The position numbers and the translations under genes are program-made. Below are positions 17,208-27,296 of a stretch of DNA of 64,000 nucleotides, in pieces (positions within the stretch are counted from its first letter, which is position 1; each line of letters starts with the position of its first letter). This stretch comes from an uncultured Thermoproteales archaeon (GTDB lineage: Archaea > Thermoproteota > Thermoprotei > Thermofilales > B20-G17). The notes below the pieces were generated by a model that worked only from the letters and a program-made list of their open reading frames with translations, did no database searches and had not been told where the DNA came from. The stretch is taken from NCBI GenBank assembly GCA_964522205.1, contig CAZFTG010000004.1, positions 8,820 through 72,819 of the forward strand, given 5' to 3'.

Positions 17208-18396
17208 GCTTAAGTGCCTCGACTATTTCATACATGCTAGCAATTGTTTTTACACCTTTACTATCGAAGTGTGTTAGTGTCGCCTTATATCCATTATTCA
17301 TGAGTAGTTCTTTAAGCTTTAATGGTGATGGTTCTTCTGTTTTCATTAGCTTTGCTATCTCTGTGACTGAGTAATAGTAGGGTGGCATTCTATTCTCCTC
17401 TTTCAGTAGTGTCAGAATTTTCTTCTCCGACTTCCAATACCTGTATTTTGTATCCTCAAGAGTGCCTAACATGGTATCGCAGTAATCCTCATTACAAAGT
17501 TCTCCAAGCCATAATGGTCCTAGCAGTATGGCTTTAAGTTTACATTTTCTACAGTGAGCATCTGGAGTGTAGGGGTATTCTCTGTAAACTTCTCTTCTAC
17601 CGCAGTTTGGACAGTAGACTATATAGCCCATCTTCTCCGTCAGCTGCTTATCGGCCTTTGTAGCTCCTTTATACAATTCCACACATACCCTTAAGTATAG
17701 TTGATGGTAGTAGCTTAGTACTATTTCAATGTATTTATCTAATTTTGCAGCTTGTCTTAGGATGTATCCTATTAAAATCCTAAGCGCAACCTCTATGGAG
17801 AAGGGTGTACGTTGAGATAGACTATGATATCTTCTTAGACAAGTTTTAGGATATACTCCATAAAGTACAGCTATATCGGTAGCCGTGATCATTAAAAGAC
17901 CTCCATTTCTTAGTGTGAGTAGTGCTGTTTCTAAGAAGGATACAGGACTCCCATAGGGATCTATATCAATCACATCTATTGCTATACTCCCTCGAAGTCT
18001 TGTAAGGAGTTCATTGGCATCTATATTCGATGCATATACTTTATCCTCTACTCCATTTTTAGTGATATTTTTTAGCATTAAATTATAGGCTCTTCTATCA
18101 ATATCGTTCATATATACTGTACATGCTTGATCTAATTCTTTAGCATACCTTATACCGCGTATTCCAGTAGCACTTAAAGGTTCTACTATATTCAATCGAT
18201 TAAGTCCATGTATCTTTATATAGGCTCTAAGCAGTAGTACGCTTAAATCTCTAGAGAGTTCAGCTCTTGGATTATAGAATACTGGTAACCATGCTGGATC
18301 ATAATACCCTTTAGTCTTAACATAATATTCGGGATCTGGTACAAATACTTCAGCCTTTCCCTCTCTAACAGTAATTATTTTGAACATTAATATCAC
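17197..18396 (-). CDS. trm1: tRNA (guanine26-N2)-dimethyltransferase Trm1
   Basis: VFYNPRAELSRDLSV and SATGIRGIRYA are present, with a C-terminal Cys cluster (CPNCGR...CRKC). Confidence 0.85.
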   Translation of the reverse strand: MILMFKIITVREGKAEVFVPDPEYYVKTKGYYDPAWLPVFYNPRAELSRDLSVLLLRAYIKIHGLNRLNIVEPLSATGIRGIRYAKELDQACTVYMNDIDRRAYNLMLKNITKNGVEDKVYASNIDANELLTRLRGSIAIDVIDIDPYGSPVSFLETALLTLRNGGLLMITATDIAVLYGVYPKTCLRRYHSLSQRTPFSIEVALRILIGYILRQAAKLDKYIEIVLSYYHQLYLRVCVELYKGATKADKQLTEKMGYIVYCPNCGRREVYREYPYTPDAHCRKCKLKAILLGPLWLGELCNEDYCDTMLGTLEDTKYRYWKSEKKILTLLKEENRMPPYYYSVTEIAKLMKTEEPSPLKLKELLMNNGYKATLTHFDSKGVKTIASMYEIVEALKHGA

Positions 18397-18415
18397 TTAG
18401 AATATCTATAAGTAT

Positions 18416-19420
18416 TTACGTTAGATTTATCCCAACAGCTTCTGTTAACCTCCTCTCGTCTACTTGATCCAGGCTTATAGTTTCTTTGTCTGTTATATCC
18501 TTTAGTTCTCTTATTCTACTCTTATCTCTTGTTATGAAGAGTGCTCTTGAGCTTGTGATATCTGCTATCTTAAGAGTGTATCTAACTTCTTTGACCTCTC
18601 TTTCGTCGAGCTTGAGTATAAACTTTATAAATATATTTTTATTCTTTGATTTAGTGAGTATTTCGAATACATTTCTCTCAAAGAATAGGACTCTAATGCC
18701 CATTCTATCGGCTATCTTAGTGAGTATGCGCATTAGTCTATATTTCTCGTAACTCTTTTTAGGCTTCTGAAATACTACTTCTTTATCGACCTCAGAATCA
18801 CATTTACCTTTGCTAATTCTCATTTCTTCGAAAATATTTATAGGTTTTCTTATATGTTCACCTAATATCGTTTCTAATCTCTCAAGGACCTCTGGGCTTG
18901 CGCCTATTATATTTCTCTCATAGCTGTAGATAGCCTTTCTACTTACACCTACTCTATCAGCTAGTTCTCCTAGTGATAGATTTTTGTCTAATCTAAGTCT
19001 TCTAAGTTTATTCCCATTTATGTTGACGTATATTCCTCCTCTATCCATATATACATATGGTGGCCTATTCATCAGTGCATCTATAAAGGTTCTTGGATTG
19101 ACACTATAAATGCCGTATCTCATGTATGCTACGCCATTGCTGAGTTCCTTTCTACTATCTCTACTACTTATTATCAGTGGAACTGCATTGAGGGTATAGG
19201 CTAATGCTTTTAGTTCCTTTATGCATCTAGCTGGAACTGAGTCGAGGTTTCTTAGATATCTTATTAAAAGGGTTTTCTCTTTTCTATGTGCTAGTATATT
19301 AAAACAGTATCTCCTAGAGACCTCATCGAGGCTTATAATATTGTATCCTCTATTTTTTAGTTTTTCGATTATCTCGATGTATTCTTCATCTCCTCTCTCA
19401 AAGATCCTTTCCATGATCAC
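18416..19420 (-). CDS. Putative HTH (Cro/C1, XRE-type) transcriptional regulator, archaeal COG1395 family
   Basis: Central HTH: LRRLRLDKNLSLGELADRVGVSRKAIYSYERN. Confidence 0.7.
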   Translation of the reverse strand: MIMERIFERGDEEYIEIIEKLKNRGYNIISLDEVSRRYCFNILAHRKEKTLLIRYLRNLDSVPARCIKELKALAYTLNAVPLIISSRDSRKELSNGVAYMRYGIYSVNPRTFIDALMNRPPYVYMDRGGIYVNINGNKLRRLRLDKNLSLGELADRVGVSRKAIYSYERNIIGASPEVLERLETILGEHIRKPINIFEEMRISKGKCDSEVDKEVVFQKPKKSYEKYRLMRILTKIADRMGIRVLFFERNVFEILTKSKNKNIFIKFILKLDEREVKEVRYTLKIADITSSRALFITRDKSRIRELKDITDKETISLDQVDERRLTEAVGINLT

Positions 19421-19427
19421 TCCTACA

Positions 19428-20129
19428 CTACTTTTTTAGAGCCTCTACGAAGGCATGAGCTACATCATATGGTTCAAGGTGTACTACATCAACTATATCA
19501 AATCCTCTAGATTTAAGGTGATCTATTTCTCTTGCATAGGTCTCTGAGGGCTCCTTAGTGACATCTATACTCATAGCCTTTATAGCTTGGAGTATCCAGC
19601 CCTTCTTACAGAGGTAGAGATCTGCATTATCGGCTACTATTTTACTCTGGAAAGGTTGCGCTATATCGGCATATACTACCTCCACAGTATCTACTAATGT
19701 CCTGTATTTAGATGGGAACCTGGCATCGATAAGTATTGGTATTACATTTTTTCTATATCTAGCTACTCTCTCTATGAATTCCCTCATGACCCTTGGTGCG
19801 AATTCCACACAGTATATTATACCCTCATCACCGACTATATCAGATACATGGCTCACGGTAGTTCCTGATGCCGAGCCTAGGTAGAGTACTTTAGTTCCAC
19901 GCTTTATCGGTAGCTTTTCTATACCTTTAAGTATTGCCGCTGCTAGTTTACTTCTGTACGGATTCCATACTCTGTACTCTACTCCTTCATACTTTATGAG
20001 CTGTTCTCCATATACTCTTATACCTTTGGCCATATTCACTGTAGCCAATCTCTTACTACCATCTTCAAAGCTTATCCAGTAGACTCCTTCAAACTTTTCA
20101 TGTGGTACCACTTCTTCTACACCTATCAT
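19428..20129 (-). CDS. flpA: Fibrillarin (C/D box sRNP 2'-O-methyltransferase)
   Basis: YRVWNPYRSKLAAAI and VLYLGSASGTTVSHVSDIV (SAM-binding motif). Confidence 0.9.
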   Translation of the reverse strand: MIGVEEVVPHEKFEGVYWISFEDGSKRLATVNMAKGIRVYGEQLIKYEGVEYRVWNPYRSKLAAAILKGIEKLPIKRGTKVLYLGSASGTTVSHVSDIVGDEGIIYCVEFAPRVMREFIERVARYRKNVIPILIDARFPSKYRTLVDTVEVVYADIAQPFQSKIVADNADLYLCKKGWILQAIKAMSIDVTKEPSETYAREIDHLKSRGFDIVDVVHLEPYDVAHAFVEALKK

Positions 20130-21301
20130 TATCTCCTCCTCCTTCTCTTCCTTGGGGGTTTCTCCCTCTTTCTCTTAGGGGGTTTAGCATATAGTGTTTT
20201 TATTTCCTTAACTCTCTCCTCAAATTCACTTTTTAATAGATCTGCCTTATATTCATTACCAAAAGCATCTATTCTAGCTGCGATAGCCAACTTTGCAGCT
20301 AGTGCTCTCGCTATTTTACCCCTCTGCCATCTAGGGGCTTTGAAAATAGTTGGATGCGTGAATATTACTCCATGCTTTGGGGGTTTTGTACCTGTTCTCA
20401 GAGCTCTGAAGAGGGCTTTTTCAGCTCCTAAAACCTGTATAGTACTAGCTGGTAGTGTTGCTAATTCTCTTAGACTTCCTGCAAGTGCAATCAGCCTAGC
20501 TCCTAGTAGCGATCCTACAAGCCCTTTTATGTTTGGAGCCACATCCATCATTGCCTCATCTATGTAGTTCTCGAGTAATCTTCTCAGTTCATATAGCCTC
20601 AAAATTAGCCCAGCTATCTGCTTAATTACATCTAGATCGAATTCTGTCATGTCCGCTCCTATGCTTTCCTTAACTGCTCTTACTATCTCTTTTATTTTCT
20701 CTCGTGGTAGATCTAGTTTCTTCAGGTTTTCCACTGTGAAGTTATCCCTATGACCTATGTTGTATACTAGTGTAGCATAGGTCTTGTGTTCTCGTACTAA
20801 GTTATTCAGCTCTGGGAAGTGCAAACTATACCACTCTCTTATCTTGGACGCATATAGATTAACTGTTCTATCTATCTCGTCAAGAGTTGTTATAGCCTGT
20901 GCTATGAAGAGATCTCTCTTCTCCACTCTCTCCTTAATCTTCATCTTAGAGTATTCAATGGAAGTACTCCATAGAAGTGTATTATACTCTACTCTAGTTA
21001 TACCCAACCGCTCTAAATATCTATCTAGGTTATCTCTGAAGAGTAACCCACCCTTACTTGGAGTCTCTACCCTAACTTTAGGGAAGTTAAATTCTACTGC
21101 TATCTTCTTGGCTAATACTTCATCTTCGAGTATAATTTCAGCATTCTCTTTTCTCAATCTATCTATAATCCTACTTAGTAGTTCCGTTAACTCTGGTGTT
21201 ATATTTCCCTCTTCTTTTTCTAGAAGTCTACTGGCTATTACTTTAGGATCTCTTTCAATAGGCACATGTTCTACCATGTTACCATTTTCATCTATTATCA
21301 T
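20129..21301 (-). CDS. nop5: Nop5 (Nop56/58) C/D box sRNP core protein
   Basis: NOP domain ALFRALRTGTKPPKHGVIF.HP...APRWQRGKIARALAAKLAIAARID with a basic C-terminal tail KRKREKPPRKRRRRR. Confidence 0.9.
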   Translation of the reverse strand: MIIDENGNMVEHVPIERDPKVIASRLLEKEEGNITPELTELLSRIIDRLRKENAEIILEDEVLAKKIAVEFNFPKVRVETPSKGGLLFRDNLDRYLERLGITRVEYNTLLWSTSIEYSKMKIKERVEKRDLFIAQAITTLDEIDRTVNLYASKIREWYSLHFPELNNLVREHKTYATLVYNIGHRDNFTVENLKKLDLPREKIKEIVRAVKESIGADMTEFDLDVIKQIAGLILRLYELRRLLENYIDEAMMDVAPNIKGLVGSLLGARLIALAGSLRELATLPASTIQVLGAEKALFRALRTGTKPPKHGVIFTHPTIFKAPRWQRGKIARALAAKLAIAARIDAFGNEYKADLLKSEFEERVKEIKTLYAKPPKRKREKPPRKRRRRR

Positions 21302-21449
21302 CTCTCCTACTATCGATTCGATTAAGTAATATTTCTCAGCTATTGTTCATCACCTATTAAATATATACATCAGTACTTTATTAGTCCTACTTTTTTAAAA
21401 TAAGGTGAAAGTAGTATATGATATTAAGAGCGGCTAACAACTTTACTTC

Positions 21450-22370
21450 TTACCTTAGTAGTATTACATCTCCATCATTTGGGACTATGACCTCTCCTTT
21501 GAATACTTGTAAAGCTTCTCTTTTTAGGACTAATGGATTATCTTGATACCTAGGACTTAGGTGTATTAATACTAATTTTGATACATTAGCAGCTGATGCT
21601 ATCTCTGCTGCATGAAAGGCAGTAGAGTGTCCTCCTTCAAAAGCTAGTTGATAATTACATAGTGGATGAGTACTCTCATGAATAAGCACATCGGCATTTT
21701 TTGAAAACTCTATGAGCTTGGTAGATGGTCTAGTGTCACTACTATATGTAATCTTAATACCCTTCTGTACACTCCTTATCACATCCTCTGGTCTAATTAT
21801 CCTACCGTCGGAGAGAGTTACTTTTTTACCCATTTTAAGTGCCTTCCATAGAGGACCCTTAGGTACTCCTAGTTTTTGTGCCCTCTCTACGTCGAAGCAT
21901 CCCCTAAGCTCTTTACATTCGATAGAGAAGGCATAGGAAGGTAGGACATGTCTCATAAGCTGTGCTCTGATAGTATACTCGTCATTATCTATGACTATTT
22001 CTTCCTCTTTCTCAAGCTCCTTAATTTCAAGCTTATATTCAGTCCTGGTTTTCATAGAGCTGAATAGAGATTCGATAAGTCTTCTTAGTCCTTTTGGACC
22101 CGCTATAGTCAAACTCCTCTCTCTACCTAGTATACTCATGCTTAGCAATAGTCCAGGTAGTCCGAGTACATGATCAGCATGAAGATGTGAGATTAAGATC
22201 ACTAGAGGTTTATTCACTCCAATCCCATTTTGAGTGAAGTAAAGTTGACAGCCTTCTGGACATTCCAGTAGTATACACCAACTCTTTATCCTTACGAGTA
22301 TACTCACTGGCATCTTGTATCGAGTAGGCATTACACCTCCAGTTCCTAGAAAGCGTACTTCTACTATCAC
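21450..22370 (-). CDS. rnz: Ribonuclease Z (tRNA 3' endonuclease)
   Basis: Metallo-beta-lactamase motif ISHLHADH and an N-terminal FLGTGG. Confidence 0.85.
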   Translation of the reverse strand: MIVEVRFLGTGGVMPTRYKMPVSILVRIKSWCILLECPEGCQLYFTQNGIGVNKPLVILISHLHADHVLGLPGLLLSMSILGRERSLTIAGPKGLRRLIESLFSSMKTRTEYKLEIKELEKEEEIVIDNDEYTIRAQLMRHVLPSYAFSIECKELRGCFDVERAQKLGVPKGPLWKALKMGKKVTLSDGRIIRPEDVIRSVQKGIKITYSSDTRPSTKLIEFSKNADVLIHESTHPLCNYQLAFEGGHSTAFHAAEIASAANVSKLVLIHLSPRYQDNPLVLKREALQVFKGEVIVPNDGDVILLR

Positions 22371-22519
22371 ACTCTCTTAATTTCGCTCTAAATTTAATAC
22401 TTTACACTTTAAGGGCACTTCTTTGCTAAGCATCCATAGGTTTTCATAGCCACCCTTATATTTTTACGAACTCTTCTGAGATTCTTCACTTAAGAGAGAG
22501 TTCAATCGTAAAGTTATAT

Positions 22520-22545
22520 TAGTGAGATTGAAGTAGTGAGATTGA
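22520..22545 (+). repeat. Tandem direct repeat, 2 x TAGTGAGATTGA (14-nt period)
   Basis: Copies at 22520-22531 and 22534-22545 read directly from the sequence. They overlap the predicted TSS and start region of the coiled-coil gene. Confidence 0.9.
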
Positions 22546-22547
22546 TA

Positions 22548-23465
22548 ATGCTCAGAAGAGACGAACTAAAGCGAGAGTTAGAGAGACTTGAGATAGAGAT
22601 AGGAGAGCTTATAGAAAAAGCTGAAGAAGCTAAAATGGAAAGAGATGAGCTCAATGAAAGAGTCAGAGAAATTAGTGCTATCATAAGAGAGAAAAGAAGA
22701 GTACTTAAGGAGAATATAGAGAAAGCGAGAAAGACTAGAGAAGAGTTAAGAGATATTAGGAAAAAACTATCCGAAATGAGGAGTAAGAGAAGATCTCTCA
22801 TATTAGAGATGAAAAAACTCAAAAAGACCAGGTCGGAACTTGTAAAACGTAAAAGATATTACACACTTATATCTAATATGAAAAATATTAACGAAGATAA
22901 GTTAAGAAGTAAAGTAGAGTTTCTTAAGTGGAAGTACCAAACTACTACTCTTAGTCCTTATGAGGAAAAAGTGATTCTCAGAAGAGTGGAGAGGTTGGAA
23001 AGAAAACTCAAATATCTTGAAAATATCCATAAGATAGATGAGGAACTTGAAAAAATACAGAGAATCATAAACACGAAACATAAAGAACTAGAAAGAATAG
23101 ACCAGAAATGCTCAGAACTACAGGAGAGGATTTCTGAACTTGAGGAAACTCTTAAACTCCACAATGATAGTATAAGTGTTCTCAGGAGAGAACTGGACGA
23201 TATTTATAAGGGTAAAGAGATGTTAAAATGTCGTGCTGATGAAAGACATAAGGAATTTATTGAACTTATGAACAAGCTGAAACTATTAAAACGTAAAGCT
23301 GAAGATCTAAAATTCCTCCTCAAGGCCTACGAAAAATCAGAAAAAATAGCTAAAGAGAGAGAAAAAAAGAAGAAGATAGCTGAGGAAATCTACCTCAGGT
23401 ATATTAAGGGAGAAAAGGTATCATTAGATGAGCTAAAACTACTAATCGAACTCGGTATGATATAA
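22548..23465 (+). CDS. Conserved archaeal coiled-coil protein (COG1340-like)
   Basis: About 305 aa of E/K/R/L heptad-rich sequence. The track starts at GTG 22536, but ATG 22548 fits the TATA at about 22513-22521. Confidence 0.55.
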   Translation: MLRRDELKRELERLEIEIGELIEKAEEAKMERDELNERVREISAIIREKRRVLKENIEKARKTREELRDIRKKLSEMRSKRRSLILEMKKLKKTRSELVKRKRYYTLISNMKNINEDKLRSKVEFLKWKYQTTTLSPYEEKVILRRVERLERKLKYLENIHKIDEELEKIQRIINTKHKELERIDQKCSELQERISELEETLKLHNDSISVLRRELDDIYKGKEMLKCRADERHKEFIELMNKLKLLKRKAEDLKFLLKAYEKSEKIAKEREKKKKIAEEIYLRYIKGEKVSLDELKLLIELGMI

Positions 23466-23554
23466 TACTGAGAGAAAATCTGAAAATTAGAATAACATAG
23501 AATTTATTACTGAATATAGTATATTACTACTGAGACTGGAAAGGTGTTTAAATC

Positions 23555-24649
23555 GTGGAGCGGAGGTTTAAGAAGCTATTGATACTCTGTGTTGATAGAG
23601 ATGATGACGTAAGTAGGACTATAGGTGTGTCTACACCAGTAATTGGATATAGAGAACTCCTTAAGATAGCCACTAGATATGCGATAACTAGTCCTGAGGA
23701 CTCAGATGCTAATGCTATGTTTGCGGCACTACAAATCTATGAAAAACTATCCAAATCTATCGGTAAGGAGAACGTAGAAGTGGCTTTACTAACTGGAACT
23801 CCTAGTGAAGGTATTGAAGCTGATATAAAAATCACCTCTGAGCTTGATATAGTAATGAGTACTTTTAATGCTGATAGTGCTATATTAGTCTCAGATGGTC
23901 CTACAGATGAACAAATATTGCCAGTAATTCAATCAAGAATACCAGTGATATCTGTAAGACGAGTAGTAGTACAACAATCACGTGGAATAGAGGAATCCTT
24001 CGTCCTAGTAACTAGATATCTTAAAAAACTCTTTGAAGAGGAAAGGTATAGGAAGTACTCACTAGGGATCCCCGGTACCCTAGCACTACTCTATGCAATA
24101 CTGATAAAACTAGGTGCTACAGTACAGGAGATATGGATATGGAGTACTGCAATAATAGGATTGATATTACTAGTTAAGGCCTTTTCATTAGATGAAAGAG
24201 TGATCAAACTTTATAATAGTGCTCCTATATCGTTTATAGCAGTAGTAGTTTCCATATTGATAGTAGCTCTAGATGTAACGCTTATTGCGGGTAAAAAGGG
24301 ATTTGAAGTAAATATGTATGATCCTTCCTTTATTGTCAAGATACTAGCCCTAAACTTAGGAGGTCCATTATATTCTGTAGATCTACTCATAGTAGCTACT
24401 CTATTTGTTTTAGGTGGGAGAATAGCTGAAGCAGTACTTTCTGAATCTGGTAGAATGCCAAGAAAGGATGTACTCCTATTTACCTTTATTGCATGTGCTA
24501 GACAGTCCATATACGAGGGACTACGAGTACTCTGTGGAAGCGGAGATCTTGTTTATATGCTGTACTGGTTAGGCATATCCTTTATGATTACGGCTTTAGT
24601 CGCTGGAGTATTTGTAATAAGAAGTAAGATATCAAGATCTCTTCAATGA
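23555..24649 (+). CDS. DUF373-family membrane protein
   Basis: N-terminal LILCVDRDDDV...TPVIGYRELL...SPEDSDANAMFAAL followed by multiple TM helices. Confidence 0.6.
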   Translation: MERRFKKLLILCVDRDDDVSRTIGVSTPVIGYRELLKIATRYAITSPEDSDANAMFAALQIYEKLSKSIGKENVEVALLTGTPSEGIEADIKITSELDIVMSTFNADSAILVSDGPTDEQILPVIQSRIPVISVRRVVVQQSRGIEESFVLVTRYLKKLFEEERYRKYSLGIPGTLALLYAILIKLGATVQEIWIWSTAIIGLILLVKAFSLDERVIKLYNSAPISFIAVVVSILIVALDVTLIAGKKGFEVNMYDPSFIVKILALNLGGPLYSVDLLIVATLFVLGGRIAEAVLSESGRMPRKDVLLFTFIACARQSIYEGLRVLCGSGDLVYMLYWLGISFMITALVAGVFVIRSKISRSLQ

Positions 24650-25671
24650 CTAACTACATAATTCTCCTAACAGGAGATCATCCTACGATCCCTATTGCCG
24701 AGATTAAAGCATTGATAGAGGACAAGATTACTGGCCCCTTTGAAGTATATGATCAGGTGATGAGAATAGATCTTCCTACTGATCTGTGCAAAGAAATAGC
24801 AGAGAGGTGTGCTTATGTAAGAGCCTGTTATAAAGAAGTACTTATGTGTAAAGCAGAATTAGATGTTATACTATCAGAGTTGGAAAAGGTTAATCTACCC
24901 CAAATTATAAACCAAACATTTGCGGTTCGAGTTCGTAGGATAAAAGAGTACTCAAGACATTTGAGCACGGTGCTATTGGAGAAGAAAATAGGTGAAATAC
25001 TCACAAGAAGGTTTAAAGCGAGAGTCGATCTAAGATCTCCTAAAATACTCCTTCAGGGAATATTAACAGATGGTATCTTCTTTCTGGGAGTACTATTATA
25101 CACCTCAAGGAGAAAGGAAATACTCAAAAGGGGAACTAAATACAAGCCCTTTACCCATCCTAGTGCACTAGATCCAAGAATGGCTAGAGCTATGATTAAT
25201 ATGGCGAGAGTGGATAGTAAAAGCAAATTATTAGATCCCTTCTCAGGTACGGGTACTGTGATTATTGAAAGTGCACTGATAGGTATGGAGAGTATAGGAG
25301 TAGATATAGATAAAAGAATGGTATACGGATCGCTTAGGAATATCATCAAATTTCAAGCTTATGATAAGTGCTCACTTATAGTAGCGGATGCTACAAGATT
25401 ACCATTTAGGGGAGAGTCTATTGACGCTATAGTGACCGATCCACCATATGGGAGATCAGCCTCTACGTACGGATATGGTTCTTTAAGGCTTATAGAGAAG
25501 TTAATTAGTGAGTCCGCGAAAATTCTGAAGAAAAAAGGTACTATCGTCCTCATGCACCCTAAGGAGTACTTTAAGTATGTAAGAAACATGCGGTTAAGTG
25601 TACTAGAAAAACATGTAATAGAAGTGCATAGTGGACTTACCAGAGTGATAAGTGTGCTTAGGAACTGTTAA
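24646..25671 (+). CDS. tRNA (guanine10-N2)-methyltransferase, Trm11/Trm-G10 type (THUMP plus MTase)
   Basis: LDPFSGTGTVIIE and the VTDPPYG motif, with an N-terminal THUMP-like region. Confidence 0.75.
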   Translation: MTNYIILLTGDHPTIPIAEIKALIEDKITGPFEVYDQVMRIDLPTDLCKEIAERCAYVRACYKEVLMCKAELDVILSELEKVNLPQIINQTFAVRVRRIKEYSRHLSTVLLEKKIGEILTRRFKARVDLRSPKILLQGILTDGIFFLGVLLYTSRRKEILKRGTKYKPFTHPSALDPRMARAMINMARVDSKSKLLDPFSGTGTVIIESALIGMESIGVDIDKRMVYGSLRNIIKFQAYDKCSLIVADATRLPFRGESIDAIVTDPPYGRSASTYGYGSLRLIEKLISESAKILKKKGTIVLMHPKEYFKYVRNMRLSVLEKHVIEVHSGLTRVISVLRNC

Positions 25672-25708
25672 ATAGTAATTTTAGATTCTCCAGTTCTATT
25701 CTTTTTGC

Positions 25709-26383
25709 TCAATCGAGAATAATTCTAGCATCTACCACCTTAGCTCCTTTCTCATAGACGTATATAGGATTGAGATCTAACTGATTTATTATTCCTATTT
25801 CAGAGACCATCTTAGATACTTTGAGTATTATATCCACTATACTATTAATATCGGCTTTAAACCCTCTATAACCTTTTAACACCTTATAACCTTTCACTTC
25901 TTTTATCATTTCCTCAGCATCGTACCTAGTTAGTGGTACTATCCTAAAGGTAACATCCTCGAGTACTTCTACGAAAACTCCTCCCAGTCCAAACATTACT
26001 GCATGTCCAAACTGTCTGTCTTTGATACAACCAACTATGACCTCAGTACTGGGCTTAGCCATCTCTTCCACTAATACTCCACTAATTCTTGCCTTAGGTG
26101 CTCTCTTTTTAACATTACTCAATATACGATCGTATGCTTTCACTACTTCCTCCTCATTACTTATATTCAGTATAACCCCTCCTACATCTGTCTTATGAAC
26201 TATATCAGGAGATACTATCTTCATAACTACAGGAAATCCTATCTCTTTAGCAAGACGCACAGCATCCTCTCTAGTACTAGCTACTCTGAATACAGTGACG
26301 GGAATACTGTAGATAGAACATAGAGTCTTTGCTTCTGGTTCTAGAAGGAAATTCCTTCCCTCCTTCAATACTCTTTGTATCAT
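25709..26383 (-). CDS. ADP-forming acetyl-CoA synthetase beta subunit (ATP-grasp)
   Basis: LLEPEAKTLCSIYSIPV...GFPVVMKIVSPDIVHKTDVGGVILNI...DLNPIYVYEKGAKVVDARIIL. Confidence 0.75.
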   Translation of the reverse strand: MIQRVLKEGRNFLLEPEAKTLCSIYSIPVTVFRVASTREDAVRLAKEIGFPVVMKIVSPDIVHKTDVGGVILNISNEEEVVKAYDRILSNVKKRAPKARISGVLVEEMAKPSTEVIVGCIKDRQFGHAVMFGLGGVFVEVLEDVTFRIVPLTRYDAEEMIKEVKGYKVLKGYRGFKADINSIVDIILKVSKMVSEIGIINQLDLNPIYVYEKGAKVVDARIILD

Positions 26384-26447
26384 CTCCTGGATTTCTTTCT
26401 TCAGTCTCCTTCACCTATTTCTTCAGTACTTTCGTAGTAAAAAGTGT

Positions 26448-27221
26448 TTACGGTGAAAGTGTGATATAATCTTCACCACCTACATATATTTGTTGGAGCT
26501 TAGCGTAGATATCCTCAAAGGCCTTTCTATACTTTGCAGACATTGGAATAGTGCTAAATGCTGTCATAAAATCCGCTAAAGCTTGAGCTATTGTCTCATT
26601 TACCTGTATTATAGTAGACTGCCCCTCATTTCTCAGATCTGTGAGAAGCTTATCTGGACAGTTTACCCATTCTACTACTCTTTCTACTTCGTTTTCGCTC
26701 ATTAGGTCTATTTTATTGAGAAGGATTATTTGTGGTAGATTAAATCTATAGTATACTGATATCGAGAGAAGGATTGACGAGGTGAATGTAGATGCTGTTG
26801 CTACTAGTGCAGAGTCGAGTAGAAAGAGTATACATGATCTCTCTTCAGCTATTTGTGTAACTATTTCTGCTCCTGAGGATCTAAAAGTAAAGAGCTCCAT
26901 TTGTCCAGGAGTATCTATAAGTACATATCCTGGCTTTAGGCACATTATACTATTCTTCACTTCTCTAAGATAGTTCACAGAGAGATCTGTGGCGGCTATT
27001 ATGGCTCCGTTAGGTCCTAATCCTAATTTCTCTTCGAGTTCAGTTGCTGTAACATAGTCTCTTATGTCAACATCAGGTTCGTATGGTAGTTTATCTACCG
27101 CGGGATCCATGTTAACTTTGACATTATGAATATCGAAGTCCTCTAAGTACTCTGAAAACTCCTTTACGAATGTGCTCTTTCCAGAACCGGCAGGACCTAT
27201 TACAAATACGCAGAGTACCAT
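26448..27221 (-). CDS. GPN-loop GTPase
   Basis: Walker A GPAGSGKST, NMDPA, and the eponymous LGLGPNGAI motif. Confidence 0.8.
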   Translation of the reverse strand: MVLCVFVIGPAGSGKSTFVKEFSEYLEDFDIHNVKVNMDPAVDKLPYEPDVDIRDYVTATELEEKLGLGPNGAIIAATDLSVNYLREVKNSIMCLKPGYVLIDTPGQMELFTFRSSGAEIVTQIAEERSCILFLLDSALVATASTFTSSILLSISVYYRFNLPQIILLNKIDLMSENEVERVVEWVNCPDKLLTDLRNEGQSTIIQVNETIAQALADFMTAFSTIPMSAKYRKAFEDIYAKLQQIYVGGEDYITLSP

Positions 27222-27296
27222 ACTTCATAACCTTCCTTCTTATTCAGCAGAGAAAGGCTTAACTCTGCTATAAATTTTACCTGTGATACCATTACT

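Noticed and set aside
16633-17277. Long antisense ORFs throughout the window. Examples are 16633-17277 (214 aa), 58453-59262 (269 aa), 20784-21329 (181 aa), 27807-28322 (171 aa), 20100-20567 and 22514-22822.
   Set aside because: Each lies wholly inside a well-supported gene on the other strand. Each translates to low-complexity S/L/I/F-rich sequence, the mirror of purine-rich E/K/R codons, with no family resemblance. They are treated as compositional artefacts.
21336-21353. On the minus strand upstream of nop5, GTGATGA is followed by CTGA.
   Set aside because: Only 7 nt separate the boxes, too short for a guide. No partner C/D' elements are present. It lies in the nop5 5' region, where GGTGAT is an SD-like element.
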